From a bacterium (GTDB lineage: Bacteria > UBA8248): 64,000 nucleotides of DNA. This document shows, piece by piece, positions 21,069-32,200 of this stretch; position 1 is the first letter of the stretch, and each line of letters starts with the position of its first letter. Both the position numbers and the translations under genes were made by a program. The notes under the pieces are model-generated. The model searched no databases. It was not told the DNA's origin and saw nothing but the letters and a program-made list of their open reading frames with translations. Location of the stretch: positions 992,001 through 1,056,000 of the forward strand of contig CBDATS010000004.1 of the NCBI GenBank assembly GCA_965200245.1, given 5' to 3'.

Positions 21069-21845
21069 ATGCCATACGAAAACCTGCTCTATGAGGTAGA
21101 AGGGCCATTGGCCCTCATTATCATCAACCGCCCCGATCGACATAATGCCATATCCCTGGCCACATTGGACGATCTCCACGCCGCCATCGCAGAGGCGGCC
21201 GGGGATGAGGCCGTCCGCGTGATCGCCATTACCGGGGCAGGTGACAGGGCGTTCGCCTCGGGTTCCGATCTCAAGGAAGTCGAACACAGGAATCTGGCGA
21301 TTGCACTCACCCCCCTGGTGCAGGGAGTGGCGGAACGGCTCGAGAGAACACCCAAGGCGACGATTGCGGCCATCAACGGTTATTGCATGGGCGGGGGACT
21401 CGAAGTGGCGCTGGGTTGTGATTTGAGAGTCGCTACGCCGCAGTCCAGGTTCGCAACGCCGGAGGGAAGAATCGGCATTATCCCGGGAGGAGGCGCCACA
21501 CAGCGCTTGCCCAGGCTCATCGGTCGTGCCTGGGCGATGGAGATGCTCCTGATGGGAGAAACTATCGATGCCGAACGCGCATTGAAGATCGGCCTCATTA
21601 CCCGGCTGGTCGAGGCGGAGGAACTCACGCCCACAGTCAGGAAGATGGCCGAGAAACTGGCCGGTTATGCGCCTTTCGTGCCTCAGTTCATGAAGGCCAT
21701 GGTGCATTACGGCATGGAGGGCAGCATGACGGCGGGTCTTGCGCTCGAAAAATTCGCCCAAGGCGCGCTCTGCGAAACCGAGGACAAGGCGGAGGGTCTG
21801 CGCGCTTTTCTGGAAAAGAGAAAGCCAGAATGGAAGGGCCGATGA
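21069..21845 (+). CDS. Enoyl-CoA hydratase/isomerase family protein
   Basis: INRPDRHNA, FASGSDL, AAINGYCMGGGLE, PEGRIGIIPGGGATQRLPRLIG, FLEKRKP. Confidence 0.93.
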   Translation: MPYENLLYEVEGPLALIIINRPDRHNAISLATLDDLHAAIAEAAGDEAVRVIAITGAGDRAFASGSDLKEVEHRNLAIALTPLVQGVAERLERTPKATIAAINGYCMGGGLEVALGCDLRVATPQSRFATPEGRIGIIPGGGATQRLPRLIGRAWAMEMLLMGETIDAERALKIGLITRLVEAEELTPTVRKMAEKLAGYAPFVPQFMKAMVHYGMEGSMTAGLALEKFAQGALCETEDKAEGLRAFLEKRKPEWKGR

Positions 21846-21846
21846 G

Positions 21847-22269
21847 TTGAGCCTTGAAGTCGCAGGCGTGCTGGAGACGTGCATCTACGCCGGGGACCTC
21901 AATGCGGCGGAGGTATTTTACCGCTCCGTTTTGGGGCTGGAGGCCTTTCAGAGAGCACCGGGCCGACATGTTTTCTTTCGCTGCGGGCCGCATGCGGTCT
22001 TTCTTGTCTTCAACCCCGAGGCGACGGCCAAACCCGATATGAAGCTCGGCGTGCCGATGCATGGCGCCACGGGGCCGGGGCACGTGACGTTCTCCATACG
22101 GGAGGCCGATTTGCCCGTCTGGCAGGAACGTCTGGGCACGCAGGGCGTGGAAATCGAGAAGGAAGTCGACTTGCCCGGCGGCGGGCGATCCATCTATTTC
22201 AGGGACCCGGCGGGGAACAGCGTGGAGCTTGCTTCGCCGCGCATCTGGAGGCTCGAGGAGCCTCGCTAA
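21847..22269 (+). CDS. VOC/glyoxalase family protein
   Basis: LETCIYAGDL, HGATGPGHVTF, SIYFRDPAGNSVELA. Likely TTG start right after the upstream stop. Confidence 0.85.
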   Translation: MSLEVAGVLETCIYAGDLNAAEVFYRSVLGLEAFQRAPGRHVFFRCGPHAVFLVFNPEATAKPDMKLGVPMHGATGPGHVTFSIREADLPVWQERLGTQGVEIEKEVDLPGGGRSIYFRDPAGNSVELASPRIWRLEEPR

Positions 22270-22530
22270 ACCTGAAACATCGTAAATGCTTCCGATTTCC
22301 GACCGAAACGCTGGCGCTTGCGAGCATTTGTCCCTTTTCAGAATGTTGCGCAGGGGAGGGCGGCACTACTCCTCAAACCTGCATTTTGAGGCCTCTCGGT
22401 TATTTGCTACCATGGCGTATTCCCATTGGGAATGGATGTATCGTAGTTCGTTATCACCCGGGCAGTCTTTTCGTTGCCTGAGGAAACCGGTCTTCTTTTT
22501 CTTTCTGTCATTATCCAAGGAGGGAATCAC

Positions 22531-23499
22531 ATGAAACGCACCTGCTTCAGCATCTTGGTCGCGATTGGCGCCGCATTCGTTTTCACCGCTGCAGCATCGG
22601 CGCAGTCGATCACCATTCTTGGCGGCGGTCTCAAGGGCCAGCCCTATCAGTTCGCCGTGGGGCTGAGCAAGATTCTCAAGTCGAAGGCGGGCATCAGCGC
22701 CACTCCGCAATCGGCCAAGGGCATGGTGGCGCAGGCACGCATCATTGCCAAGGGGCAGGCACAGTTCGCGTGGGGTCTCGGCGGTCCGGTGGGCGCATGG
22801 GCCTACAAGGGCGAACGACGCTTCAAGAAAGAAGGCCCCAAGAAAAACCTGCGCGCCGTTCTGGCATATCCCTTCGGGCAGTTCCAGTGGCTGGCCTTGG
22901 CCGATTCGGGCATCATGAACCTGAAGGATGTGAAGGGCAAGAAGGTATCGGTGGGTTCCGCCGCCAGCACCACACAGACATATGCGCGCTACTTCCTGCC
23001 CGCCCACGGCCTCAAGAAGGGCGATTACAAGGAAACCACGCCCGGCTTCCGGGGCGGATTCGGCCAGTTGCGAAACGGCAACGTCGTCGCCCACCTCACG
23101 ATGGGTATGGCGCCGATGGGCCTAGTTCAGGAATTGGCCGCGCTCAAGAAAATCCGTCTGGTGGACATGGACGAAGCCGCCGTGAAGCACGTGGTCGCCA
23201 CCTACGGCCCCGGCCTGACAGCGACCACAATTGCACCGGGCACCTATGGAAAGATCCAGCTGAACAAGAAAGCGGCAAGAAGCATCTTCATCAACTTCGG
23301 GTTCTCCACCAGTACGCACGTGGGCGCCGACACCGTGTACAAGGTCACGAAAACCCTGTTCGGCAACCTCAAGGAGTTCCACGGCACAGCCAAGGCGGCG
23401 AAGAACGTCACGCTCGCGGGTGCCTGCCAGGGACTTTCCTTCCCGCTACACGAAGGCGCCAAGCGCTACTACAAGGAAGCGGGCGCCAAAGGCTGCTAG
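22531..23499 (+). CDS. TAXI-family TRAP transporter solute-binding protein
   Basis: Signal peptide, GKKVSVGSAAS, VYKVTKTLF, PLHEGAKRYYKE. GGAGG RBS. Confidence 0.9.
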   Translation: MKRTCFSILVAIGAAFVFTAAASAQSITILGGGLKGQPYQFAVGLSKILKSKAGISATPQSAKGMVAQARIIAKGQAQFAWGLGGPVGAWAYKGERRFKKEGPKKNLRAVLAYPFGQFQWLALADSGIMNLKDVKGKKVSVGSAASTTQTYARYFLPAHGLKKGDYKETTPGFRGGFGQLRNGNVVAHLTMGMAPMGLVQELAALKKIRLVDMDEAAVKHVVATYGPGLTATTIAPGTYGKIQLNKKAARSIFINFGFSTSTHVGADTVYKVTKTLFGNLKEFHGTAKAAKNVTLAGACQGLSFPLHEGAKRYYKEAGAKGC

Positions 23500-23523
23500 C
23501 ACGCTTCACGCGTTCCGGGCATC

Positions 23524-23588
23524 AGGAATCCTCCCCCCCTGTGGACTTTCACCTCAGCAGGGGGGGGGGGGGGGGGGGGAGGATTCCT
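23524..23588 (+). repeat. Intergenic inverted repeat containing a G20 homopolymer
   Basis: AGGAATCCT-C7-TG...CA-G20-AGGATTCCT. G run at 23560-23579. Confidence 0.85.
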
Positions 23589-23616
23589 TGCCTCATCTCC
23601 GGGGGTGTGAAACGTA

Positions 23617-26019
23617 TTGGACACCTACCGCAGGATCAACCCCAAAATCGTAACGGCGATCGCACTGGGTTTTTCCCTGTTCGAACTCTACACCGTCGGC
23701 TTCGGGATTCTCTCGCCCTTCGCCCAGCGGGCGACCATGCTCGTCTTTGCAAGCGTTCTGGTCTTCCTCATGAGGCCCATGCTGAACTGGCACGAGCGTG
23801 GGGGGTTGGCTCCACCCGCCCGTGCGTTCGCCATTGGGTGGGACGCGCTCTTCATCGGGCTGGCACTTTATTCGTGCATCTATCTCATTGTCGAGGAGGA
23901 CGCACTGGCGGACAGGAGCGGGGCCGAGACCACGATCGACCTGATCGTCGCGGGGCTGGGCCCCCTCATGTTGCTCGAGATGGTGCGCCGCGCGGTGGGC
24001 GTTCCGCTCTTCATCGTGACGCTGTGCATCGTAATCTACGCCTACTTGGGCGACGTGACGCTCATCTTCTTCTCCTGCGTAATCGTATTCATGAGCCTCA
24101 ATCGATATGCGGGCCTGAAGTACGCGCTGGGCTTCGCCGCACTCGCCGTCCTGTTCCTGCTCCTGCCCGGACGCGGTTTTCTGGACCCCGGCATCTATCC
24201 CTTCAAGGGCGAGGAGCACAGCCGGCTGGCCGCCTATCTGTGGCTTACCTCGGAGGGCACGTTCGGAACCATTTCGGCAATCATGAGCGAGTTCATTTTC
24301 ATCTTCATTCTGTTCTCGGCCCTCTTGGAAGCGACCGGGACAGGGCAGATGTTCATCAACCTCGCTTTCGCGCTTACGGGACGGTTCCGAGGCGGACCCG
24401 CCCAGGCAGCGGTCGTGGCGAGTTCGATGTTCGGCATGGTATCGGGCTCCACGATGGCCAACGTGGTGAGTACCGGCACGTTCACCATACCGCTCATGAT
24501 CCGTACCGGATTCTCGCGTCTGTTCGCGGGCGCAGTGGAGGCAGTGGCCTCGTGCGGCGGGCAAATCGTGCCGCCCATCATGGGCGCGAGCGTCTTCATC
24601 ATGTCTGAAATCATCGAAGTTCCCTATGTCTATCTGATGCTCTACGGACTGATTCCCGCCTTTCTCTATTACTTCAGCCTTTCCACATCGATCTATTTCG
24701 AAGCGCGCAGGCTCGGGCTGGAAAGAATGGACAAATCGGAAATTCCCGACGCGCGCGAGCAGGTGCAGCAGGGGGGCTTCCTGCTGATTCCCGTGCTTAT
24801 CCTGTTGGCCAGCATCGTGAGCGGCGAGACACCCGGCCTTGCGGGGTACAAGGCCGTAGTTTCACTCCTCGTGATGGTCGACCTCGTGCGCTCGCTAAGA
24901 CACATACGGGCACGCACTGGAAAGCAGGGCGTCTGTCTTGCGGGTGCGCTGATTCTGGCAGCCGTCTTCTTCGCTTTCGGGCCGGTGAGTGCGCCGGCGG
25001 CCGTCTCGCAAAACACTACCCTTCCTCTCCTGGGCGAGGTTCCGCTCCACAAGTTCGTGCTGGTGTCCCTCGGGGTCTGCTTCGCGGCGATTCCGGGGTG
25101 GCGCGGGCTCCCCATTGTTTTTCCAGTTGCACTGGGAGTGGCGCGCTGGAAGATACCATCTGAACTCGCATGGATAGGCCAAATACCCTATGTCGGCCTT
25201 TTGCTGCCCGCCGCATTGTTCTTGCTGGTGGTTTACCTGATCGCCCTTGCCGTGTTCCAGGCGGGGGAGACGCCTGATCCGAAGACGAGCGCGCGCGAAC
25301 TGGGCAAAGCCGCGTTCAAGAGCCTGGAATCGGGGGCGAAAAATTCACTCGGCCTGGTTGCGGCCACATCCGCCATCGGTCTTATCGTCGGCCTGTTGGT
25401 GCTCGTAGCGGTAGGCGTGCGCATATCGATTCTGGTGACGGAGATGGCCGCGACTTCACTGTTCCTGGCCTTTTTCCTGGTGATGATCGCCTCGCTCGTC
25501 ATGGGTATGGGATTGCCGACCATCGCTGCATACCTTCTTTTGGTGATCGTGGTGGCTCCCTCGGTCACGAACCTGGGCGCGCCGCTGGTGGCCGCGCACT
25601 TTTTCATCTTCTATTTTGGGGTCATCAGTTCCATCACGCCGCCCGTGGCTCTCGCCGCCTACGGCGCGTCGGGGATATCGGGCGCGAACCCGATGCAGAC
25701 GGGATTCACTGCCTGCAGGCTCGCGCTCAGCGCCTTCATCGTGCCCTATCTGTTTGTCTACTACCCCGAACTCCTCCTGCTCCAGGGGACATTCTGGACG
25801 GTGGCCTACCGGCTCGCCGTGAGCTGCGCAGGCATCGCCCTTCTTTCGATGGCGACGATGGGATTCGGCAGGGCACCCATGAGCGACACGCTGCGCACGG
25901 TAATGATAGGTGCGTCCCTCCTCCTGTTCCTGGGACCCACATGGCTGCACGTTCTGGGACTGGCCGCGGGAGGCGCTATCCTCTTCCGGCAAAAGGCGGG
26001 TGGTACAGCCGCTACCTGA
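23617..26019 (+). CDS. TRAP transporter 4TM/12TM fused permease
   Basis: GRFRGGPAQAAVVASSMFG, EAVASCGGQIVPPIMGA, LVMGMGLPT, SSITPPVALAA. Confidence 0.93.
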   Translation: MDTYRRINPKIVTAIALGFSLFELYTVGFGILSPFAQRATMLVFASVLVFLMRPMLNWHERGGLAPPARAFAIGWDALFIGLALYSCIYLIVEEDALADRSGAETTIDLIVAGLGPLMLLEMVRRAVGVPLFIVTLCIVIYAYLGDVTLIFFSCVIVFMSLNRYAGLKYALGFAALAVLFLLLPGRGFLDPGIYPFKGEEHSRLAAYLWLTSEGTFGTISAIMSEFIFIFILFSALLEATGTGQMFINLAFALTGRFRGGPAQAAVVASSMFGMVSGSTMANVVSTGTFTIPLMIRTGFSRLFAGAVEAVASCGGQIVPPIMGASVFIMSEIIEVPYVYLMLYGLIPAFLYYFSLSTSIYFEARRLGLERMDKSEIPDAREQVQQGGFLLIPVLILLASIVSGETPGLAGYKAVVSLLVMVDLVRSLRHIRARTGKQGVCLAGALILAAVFFAFGPVSAPAAVSQNTTLPLLGEVPLHKFVLVSLGVCFAAIPGWRGLPIVFPVALGVARWKIPSELAWIGQIPYVGLLLPAALFLLVVYLIALAVFQAGETPDPKTSARELGKAAFKSLESGAKNSLGLVAATSAIGLIVGLLVLVAVGVRISILVTEMAATSLFLAFFLVMIASLVMGMGLPTIAAYLLLVIVVAPSVTNLGAPLVAAHFFIFYFGVISSITPPVALAAYGASGISGANPMQTGFTACRLALSAFIVPYLFVYYPELLLLQGTFWTVAYRLAVSCAGIALLSMATMGFGRAPMSDTLRTVMIGASLLLFLGPTWLHVLGLAAGGAILFRQKAGGTAAT

Positions 26020-27628
26020 AGGTTACTTTTTTTGTTCCCTCGACTTCCCGGGGGAAGAGCGCCGCGTGGGTTTCCTCGAAAAGGTGTTTCCCCACGGCGA
26101 GTTGCATGGTGGCGGGCATGACCTTCTTCGCAAGGCGAATCATCTGCGTGGATTTATCGCGAATGTCCCACTGGGCGTGGGGATCTTCCCTGAGTCTCGA
26201 TACATGATATAGCTCACGCGCGTTCGCCGAGAACAGTACGCGACGTTTGTGCGCGTTCGTGAGCACGTAGGGTGCCGCCTGCGGCGTTTGAGCGGCAATT
26301 TTCTCATAAGCGGCGTTGGTTTCATCCACTGCGGCCTGAAACTCGGGATTTGCACCCGCCTCTTCGACAGCCCTGGGTATGGTAACGCCCAGGGTGAGGT
26401 CGTAGGGCTGGGTGTTCAGGGTGGACATCCGGTGGCGCTTCAACTGTCCGAAACACGCGGCCGAGAGCGTCACCTCGAACACGCAGCGTACGTTCTCGAA
26501 TTCACGCAGCACGGCGTCGTGCCCGCGCATGTGCCGGAAAGTGGAGGCGATGAAGCGCGTGCGTTCTTCGACGCTCATATTCCGTGCCGCCGCCTTGCAG
26601 CGTGCCATCGTTTTCCCTGAGGAAGAATGGAGGAGCGCCGCGATCACGAGTGCGTCCGCGTCCGGAGTGGCGTCGACCAGGGAAACGTCCTTTTCCTCGG
26701 CGATGAGCACAACCGGCGCGGATTCCTCGTCCATTTGCTCCATGACACTTAACGCTTCTTCCCGAAGCGCCGCCCGGGTGTGGACGTTGTATTCGGTCGG
26801 GTCCGTGTATTTCACGAGCGAGGGCGCCACGCCCTCCACGCATTCATAGAGCCGACGCGCGTATTCCCTGATTTCCGCGAGAGGGTTCGAAGCGCAGCGA
26901 CATATGACGTGTTCCAGGCTCCTCGCGCTGAGCGTCATGCCGATTTGTGATTCGGTGGCGAAAGAGACAATGTAGCGAGCGTCCTCCTTGGCCCAGCCCT
27001 CAAGCGTCTTGTGGTTCCTCTTGCTTGCGGCAAGTTCGGGGTTCTGGTCGAACACCCAGGGCCTGAGCTTCTCATAGAGTCTGTGGTAGCAGGCGTTCTG
27101 GGCCTTTATCGTCCGCAAGAACAGATCCCTCATCCCCGCTTTTTCGATCTCCTCAGGAATCACGAAATCGTCTGCGAGCAGGATGTATCGCTGGCTCTTT
27201 TCCGTATATGCCAGGAGCCTGAACTTCTGTATCTCCTCCACCGCGTAACGGCTCACGCCGATCACATCGATGTTGAAGCTCGCGTGCTCGGCCACGGAAC
27301 TGTGCCCGTAACCAAAAATGATGGTCTGGTTGCTCTTGCGCGCCTTTTCCACCTCGACGCTCGCGATAGCGCGCAACTCGCCAATGGGTCTGGGATCCCG
27401 GCTGATGCGCGCGTAGGACGCGCTGATGGGTTCGGGCGTCAGGTTGTCGCGTTCGAGAAAATTGGCGGACCGGCGCTGGAACTCCGCTGCCTGCGCGCGC
27501 AACTCGGCCTCGCTCATGACGTCGAGGCGGCTTTCCTCCCAGCCCTGGGCGGCGGGTTCGATGATCTCTTTTTTCATCTGGCGGAGTACGCCAACATCGA
27601 CGTTGTGACCGGCGAGAACAATACGCAT
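26012..27628 (-). CDS. thyX: FAD-dependent thymidylate synthase with two tandem ThyX domains
   Basis: Domain 1 GHSSVAEH...EKSQRY, domain 2 QLKRHR...NARELYH...HAQWDIR. ORF 26012..27670, start trimmed to MRIVLAG. Confidence 0.82.
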   Translation of the reverse strand: MRIVLAGHNVDVGVLRQMKKEIIEPAAQGWEESRLDVMSEAELRAQAAEFQRRSANFLERDNLTPEPISASYARISRDPRPIGELRAIASVEVEKARKSNQTIIFGYGHSSVAEHASFNIDVIGVSRYAVEEIQKFRLLAYTEKSQRYILLADDFVIPEEIEKAGMRDLFLRTIKAQNACYHRLYEKLRPWVFDQNPELAASKRNHKTLEGWAKEDARYIVSFATESQIGMTLSARSLEHVICRCASNPLAEIREYARRLYECVEGVAPSLVKYTDPTEYNVHTRAALREEALSVMEQMDEESAPVVLIAEEKDVSLVDATPDADALVIAALLHSSSGKTMARCKAAARNMSVEERTRFIASTFRHMRGHDAVLREFENVRCVFEVTLSAACFGQLKRHRMSTLNTQPYDLTLGVTIPRAVEEAGANPEFQAAVDETNAAYEKIAAQTPQAAPYVLTNAHKRRVLFSANARELYHVSRLREDPHAQWDIRDKSTQMIRLAKKVMPATMQLAVGKHLFEETHAALFPREVEGTKKVTFR

Positions 27629-27856
27629 CGGAGAAAGTTGTTTCCAATCGACAGGCGATATCTGTTTCAAGTTTGAAGCCTATTATGAACCCTGCTTGCC
27701 AAAAGAACAAGCGACACGTTTCAGCGGTGTACTTGGGTCGGGGTTCCTTCGATTACGCATCTTGTTAGTTGCGGTTTTTCAAGGGTTTTGGGATGATGTT
27801 CCTAAGCATTGCCGCTATAGATGCTTCGCATGCGCCTTCAGAGAAAGAGGAGACAC

Positions 27857-29137
27857 GTGAACTCTCTCATCGCCCCAGCCATTTCCGTTCTCATCGTTCT
27901 TGCATCTTTCGGTCTGAATATCACCCTCACTGAAGCCGGGCGTCCGCGCAAGCCGCCCCCGCCGCTTGTGTCCGTGACGAAGGTGGTGGAACGTCAGGTG
28001 AGGAACCGTCTCACCGCTGTGGGCAGCGTGGCCCCGTATCGCCGCTCGGTTGTAAGCAGCCAACTCGAGGGACGTGTACAGTCAGCACCACTCAAGGTGG
28101 GCGATTTCGTCCGCAAGAACAAGACGGTGCTGGCCACGGTGGAGCGATCGGGACTCCAGATCGACCTGCGCATCCTTCAGGCGGAACTTGAAAAGGCACG
28201 CCAAGATCTTCTGCACCTGGAACGCGGCAAACGTCCCGAGGAGATCGCTGCGCTGCAGGCGAAAGTGCGAGAGCGCGAAGCGCAGATGAGAAACAACGAA
28301 CTTGAACTGAACCGTGCGCGCGATTTGTATGAAAAGAAGATTTTGGACAAGGCCAGCTTCGATCGCTCCGAGGCCGCTTATGAGGCCAGTTGGCAGTTGT
28401 ACGAGGAAGCCTCGCGAAACCTTGAGATCGCGAAACTTGGTGCACGAGACGAGGAGAAGGCCCGCGCCAAGGCGGAGGTGGAACGCGTTCATGCGCGCAT
28501 CGCGCGAGTCCGCGACGATCTGGCCAAGACGAAGATTCGATCCCCACTCACTGGCTTCGTAACCCGGGAGTGGGTGGAAGTCGGCCAGTGGCTCACCAAG
28601 GGGGGTCGCGTAGCCGAGGTCATCGAACTCGACAAGGTGCTGGTGCAGGCCCCGATTTCGGAACGGCAAATATCGCTGGTACGCGTGGGCGATGAGACGC
28701 GCGTGGTCATCGACGCGCTGGGTGGCAGGGCGTTCAAGGGTCGGGTGCGCGGCGTCATCCCGCAGGCGGATCCCAAAAGCCGCACCTTCCCTGTGGAGGT
28801 GGGGATAAACAACACCGAATCCTACGATCTGAAGGCCGGCATGTTCGCCCGCCTGAGCCTCGAATACGGAAAAGCGGCCAGCATGGTTCTGGTGCCCAAG
28901 GACGCGCTGATTCTCAGGACGCGCGGGCCTTCGGTCTTCGTATTCGAGCGTGGACGTGTTCGCGAGGTTTCCTTCGAGCAGGGCAGAAGCGTGGATTCTT
29001 TCATGGAAGTTCCTGGCGGCGCGCTCAGACCCGGCATGCAGGTGGTGGTGAAAGGAAACGAGAAACTGAGACCCGGCATGCCCGTTCGCGTGAAGGGCCA
29101 GGGCGGAAGGCCCGGTATGCGCGGGACCGGGGGATGA
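27857..29137 (+). CDS. RND efflux periplasmic adaptor (membrane fusion protein)
   Basis: N-terminal TM, long coiled-coil hairpin, IRSPLTG, DPKSRTF, AGMFAR, VPKDAL. GTG start after GAGGAG. Confidence 0.9.
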   Translation: MNSLIAPAISVLIVLASFGLNITLTEAGRPRKPPPPLVSVTKVVERQVRNRLTAVGSVAPYRRSVVSSQLEGRVQSAPLKVGDFVRKNKTVLATVERSGLQIDLRILQAELEKARQDLLHLERGKRPEEIAALQAKVREREAQMRNNELELNRARDLYEKKILDKASFDRSEAAYEASWQLYEEASRNLEIAKLGARDEEKARAKAEVERVHARIARVRDDLAKTKIRSPLTGFVTREWVEVGQWLTKGGRVAEVIELDKVLVQAPISERQISLVRVGDETRVVIDALGGRAFKGRVRGVIPQADPKSRTFPVEVGINNTESYDLKAGMFARLSLEYGKAASMVLVPKDALILRTRGPSVFVFERGRVREVSFEQGRSVDSFMEVPGGALRPGMQVVVKGNEKLRPGMPVRVKGQGGRPGMRGTGG

Positions 29138-29227
29138 TGCGCACCAGACCAAAGCCGTTATGTTGTATAGACGAAATATCCGCACACATGAACAATTCGC
29201 AGCAGAGCCACCGATGAAGGAGAGGGC

Positions 29228-32200
29228 ATGAACCTGCCCCGCGCGAGCGTCAGATATCCCGTGACAACCACCGTCGGCGTAATACTGGCGGTGCTCTTCG
29301 GCGTCATCGGTCTCTACTGGATTCCGGTGCAGATGACGCCCACGATCGACAGGCCCGTCATCACGGTAGAAACCGAATACAGGGGCGCAGCGCCTCTGGA
29401 GGTGGAAGAAGAGGTGACAAAACCCATTGAGGAGAAACTCACCTCGGTGGAGGGCCTTAACCGGATGACCTCGCGCAGCGAGGAGGGCAAATCACGCGTC
29501 TTGCTGGAATTCGACTGGGACGTGAACAAGGATGTGGCTCGCCTTGACGCCTCGGAGAAACTGGGCCTGGTGCGCAACCTGCCCGACGATTCGGAACGTT
29601 CCACGATTAACGCGCTCAACTCCGATTCGGAAAACCCCATCGCCTGGATGGTCGTCGATACGAAACTGCCCATCAACGAGGTTCGCATAGAGGCGGAGAA
29701 CGTCATCCGCCCCAAGCTCGAGCGCGTGACTGGTGTGGGACAGGTGTGGATGTTCGGCGGCCAGGAAAGGGAGGTGCGCGTCACGCTCGATTACGCGGCC
29801 ATGAGCGCGCGCGGCATCACGGTATCTGCGCTCAGAGAGGCCCTGCAGCGCGAGAACAAGAACACCAAGGCAGGGAAGATTGACGAGGGCAAGCGCAGTT
29901 ACGCAGTGCGCACGGTGGGCAACTTCACTCGCCTCGATCAGTTGCGCAACACCATCATTGCGCAAAACGCGAGCGGGGCCGTCTACCTGCGCGACGTCGC
30001 GAAGGTTTCCTTCGACTACAGTGATCTCGAGCGGCGGATTCGTGTCCGACGAGTGCCCACCCTGGCTTTCGGAACTTTTCGAAAAACCGGGGCCAATACC
30101 ATCGAGGTGATGGCGGGGGTCAAAAAAGCGATCGCCGAGATCAACGAAATCTATAAAGGTCGCGGCATCAAGCTCAGACAGGTCTATGACGAGACCGTCT
30201 ACATCGACCAGTCCCGCTCCCTGGTAATCAACAACATCTTCGTGGGCGGCGCGCTGGCCATAGGCGTGCTGCTCCTGTTCTTGGGAAGTCTTTCGAGCGT
30301 GATGGTCATCGGCGTCGCGATTCCGGTCACCGTGGTCTCCACTTTCATATTCATCTTCGTGCTGGGCCGTTCCATCAACATCATCTCGCTCGCCGGCATG
30401 GCGTTCGCCGTCGGGATGGTGGTGGACAACTCCGTCGTGGTGCTGGAGAACATCTTCCGCCACCGCGAGATGGGAAAGAGCAAGTGGGACGCCGCCGTGG
30501 ATGGCGCACACGAGGTATGGGGGGCGGTGTTGGCCTCGACGCTGACCACGCTGGCCGTGTTCATCCCGGTGGTGTTCGTGCAGGACGAATCGGGCCAACT
30601 GTTTCGCGACATTGCCATCGCCATCAGCGTAGCGGTGGCACTCTCTCTCGTGGTGTCGATCTCCGTGGTGCCTATGCTGAGTTCACGCATCCTGGGCGCG
30701 TCGGGAAGGAGATCCCCTGTGGATCGCTTTTTCAGCATGCTGGGAGCGTACGCGCTTGGCAAGCTGAGTCGACGAATCTACGTGGCCACCCTGGGATGGT
30801 TGCTGGGCGGGGTGGTGAGGCGTGTCTTCGTGGCCGCGCTCATCACGGCGGGCGCTATCGGAGTGGCCGTCTTGTCCTTCCCTCCCATCGACTATCTGCC
30901 AAAAGGAAACCGCAACCTCCTGTTCGTTATCATGCGCACGCCCGCGGGCCTGAATCTGGAAGAGGTAGACAAGATCGTGCGCACGCTGGAGGCAAAGCTC
31001 GAACGCACAGAAGAAGTGGACCGGTTTTTCGCCGTGGTACGCTCGCAAAACCCCATTGTCGGCATAATCGCCAAGGAGGAATATTCCGATCTCGTCTCCA
31101 TGCGGCGCCTCGTGCGGAAGTTGTTCAGAAACCTGCAGGGAACGCCCGGGGTGCGCACGTTCGTCACACAGGCACCCCTGTTCCGGCGGAGGGGTTCGGG
31201 CTTTATCGGCGGAATCAATCTCATGGTCGATATCACGGGAGACAGCCTGAGCGAGATTCAGCGCATCGCCGCAGATGTGGGCGCCAGGGCGCGCGGGCTC
31301 AGGGGCGTGCGCTTCGTCAATTCGAGCTTCGACCTTGGAAATCCCGAACTCCAGGTGCACGTGGATCGCCAGAGGGCGTCTGATTTCGGCCTTTCGGTCT
31401 CGGAACTCGGGAGCGTCGTGGAGACGCTCGTGAACGGAACCAAGGCGGGCATTTTCCGCGACCGTGGCGAGGAACTCGACATCATCCTGCGCGGTCCGGT
31501 TTCCGATTTCACCCAGACACAGCGGATCGAGGAACTCAAGCTGCATACGCCGGAGGGTCAGGTCGTCTCGCTCGGAGACATCGCCCGGGTACAGGCGGCA
31601 CTCGGGCCGACCAAGGTCGAGCACATCGACCGTGACCGTTCGGTGACCCTCACGGTCAACATCGGAAGCGAGTTGCCGCTTCAGGTAGCGATCGACAGGA
31701 TGAAGAAAGAGATCATCGAACCGATGCGACAGACGCTTCCACTAGGATATTCACTGAACGTGAGCGGACGGGCCAAGGACCTGGAGCGAACCTGGGCGTC
31801 ACTCAAGTGGTCGTTGCTGCTGGCGATCCTGATCACCTATCTGCTGATGGCGGCTCTGTTCGAGGCGTGGAGCTATCCGTTCATCATCATGTTCAGCGTA
31901 CCGTTCGCCGCCACCGGCGGCGTGCTGATGGTAAGCCTCATGAACGCGATTGAACCATCTGTGAAAATGGATACGCTCACCATGCTGGGCTTCATCATCC
32001 TTACGGGCATCGTGGTGAACAACGCGATTCTGCTCGTCCACCAAGCGCTGAATCACTTCCGCGCGGGCCTTCCCATGCGCGAGGCCATCCTGGAGAGCGC
32101 GCGCGACAGGATGCGCCCCATCTTCATGACGACCACGACAACCGTGCTCGGCATGCTGCCGCTGGTGGCATCTTCGGGCTCGGGCAGCGAACTCTACAGG

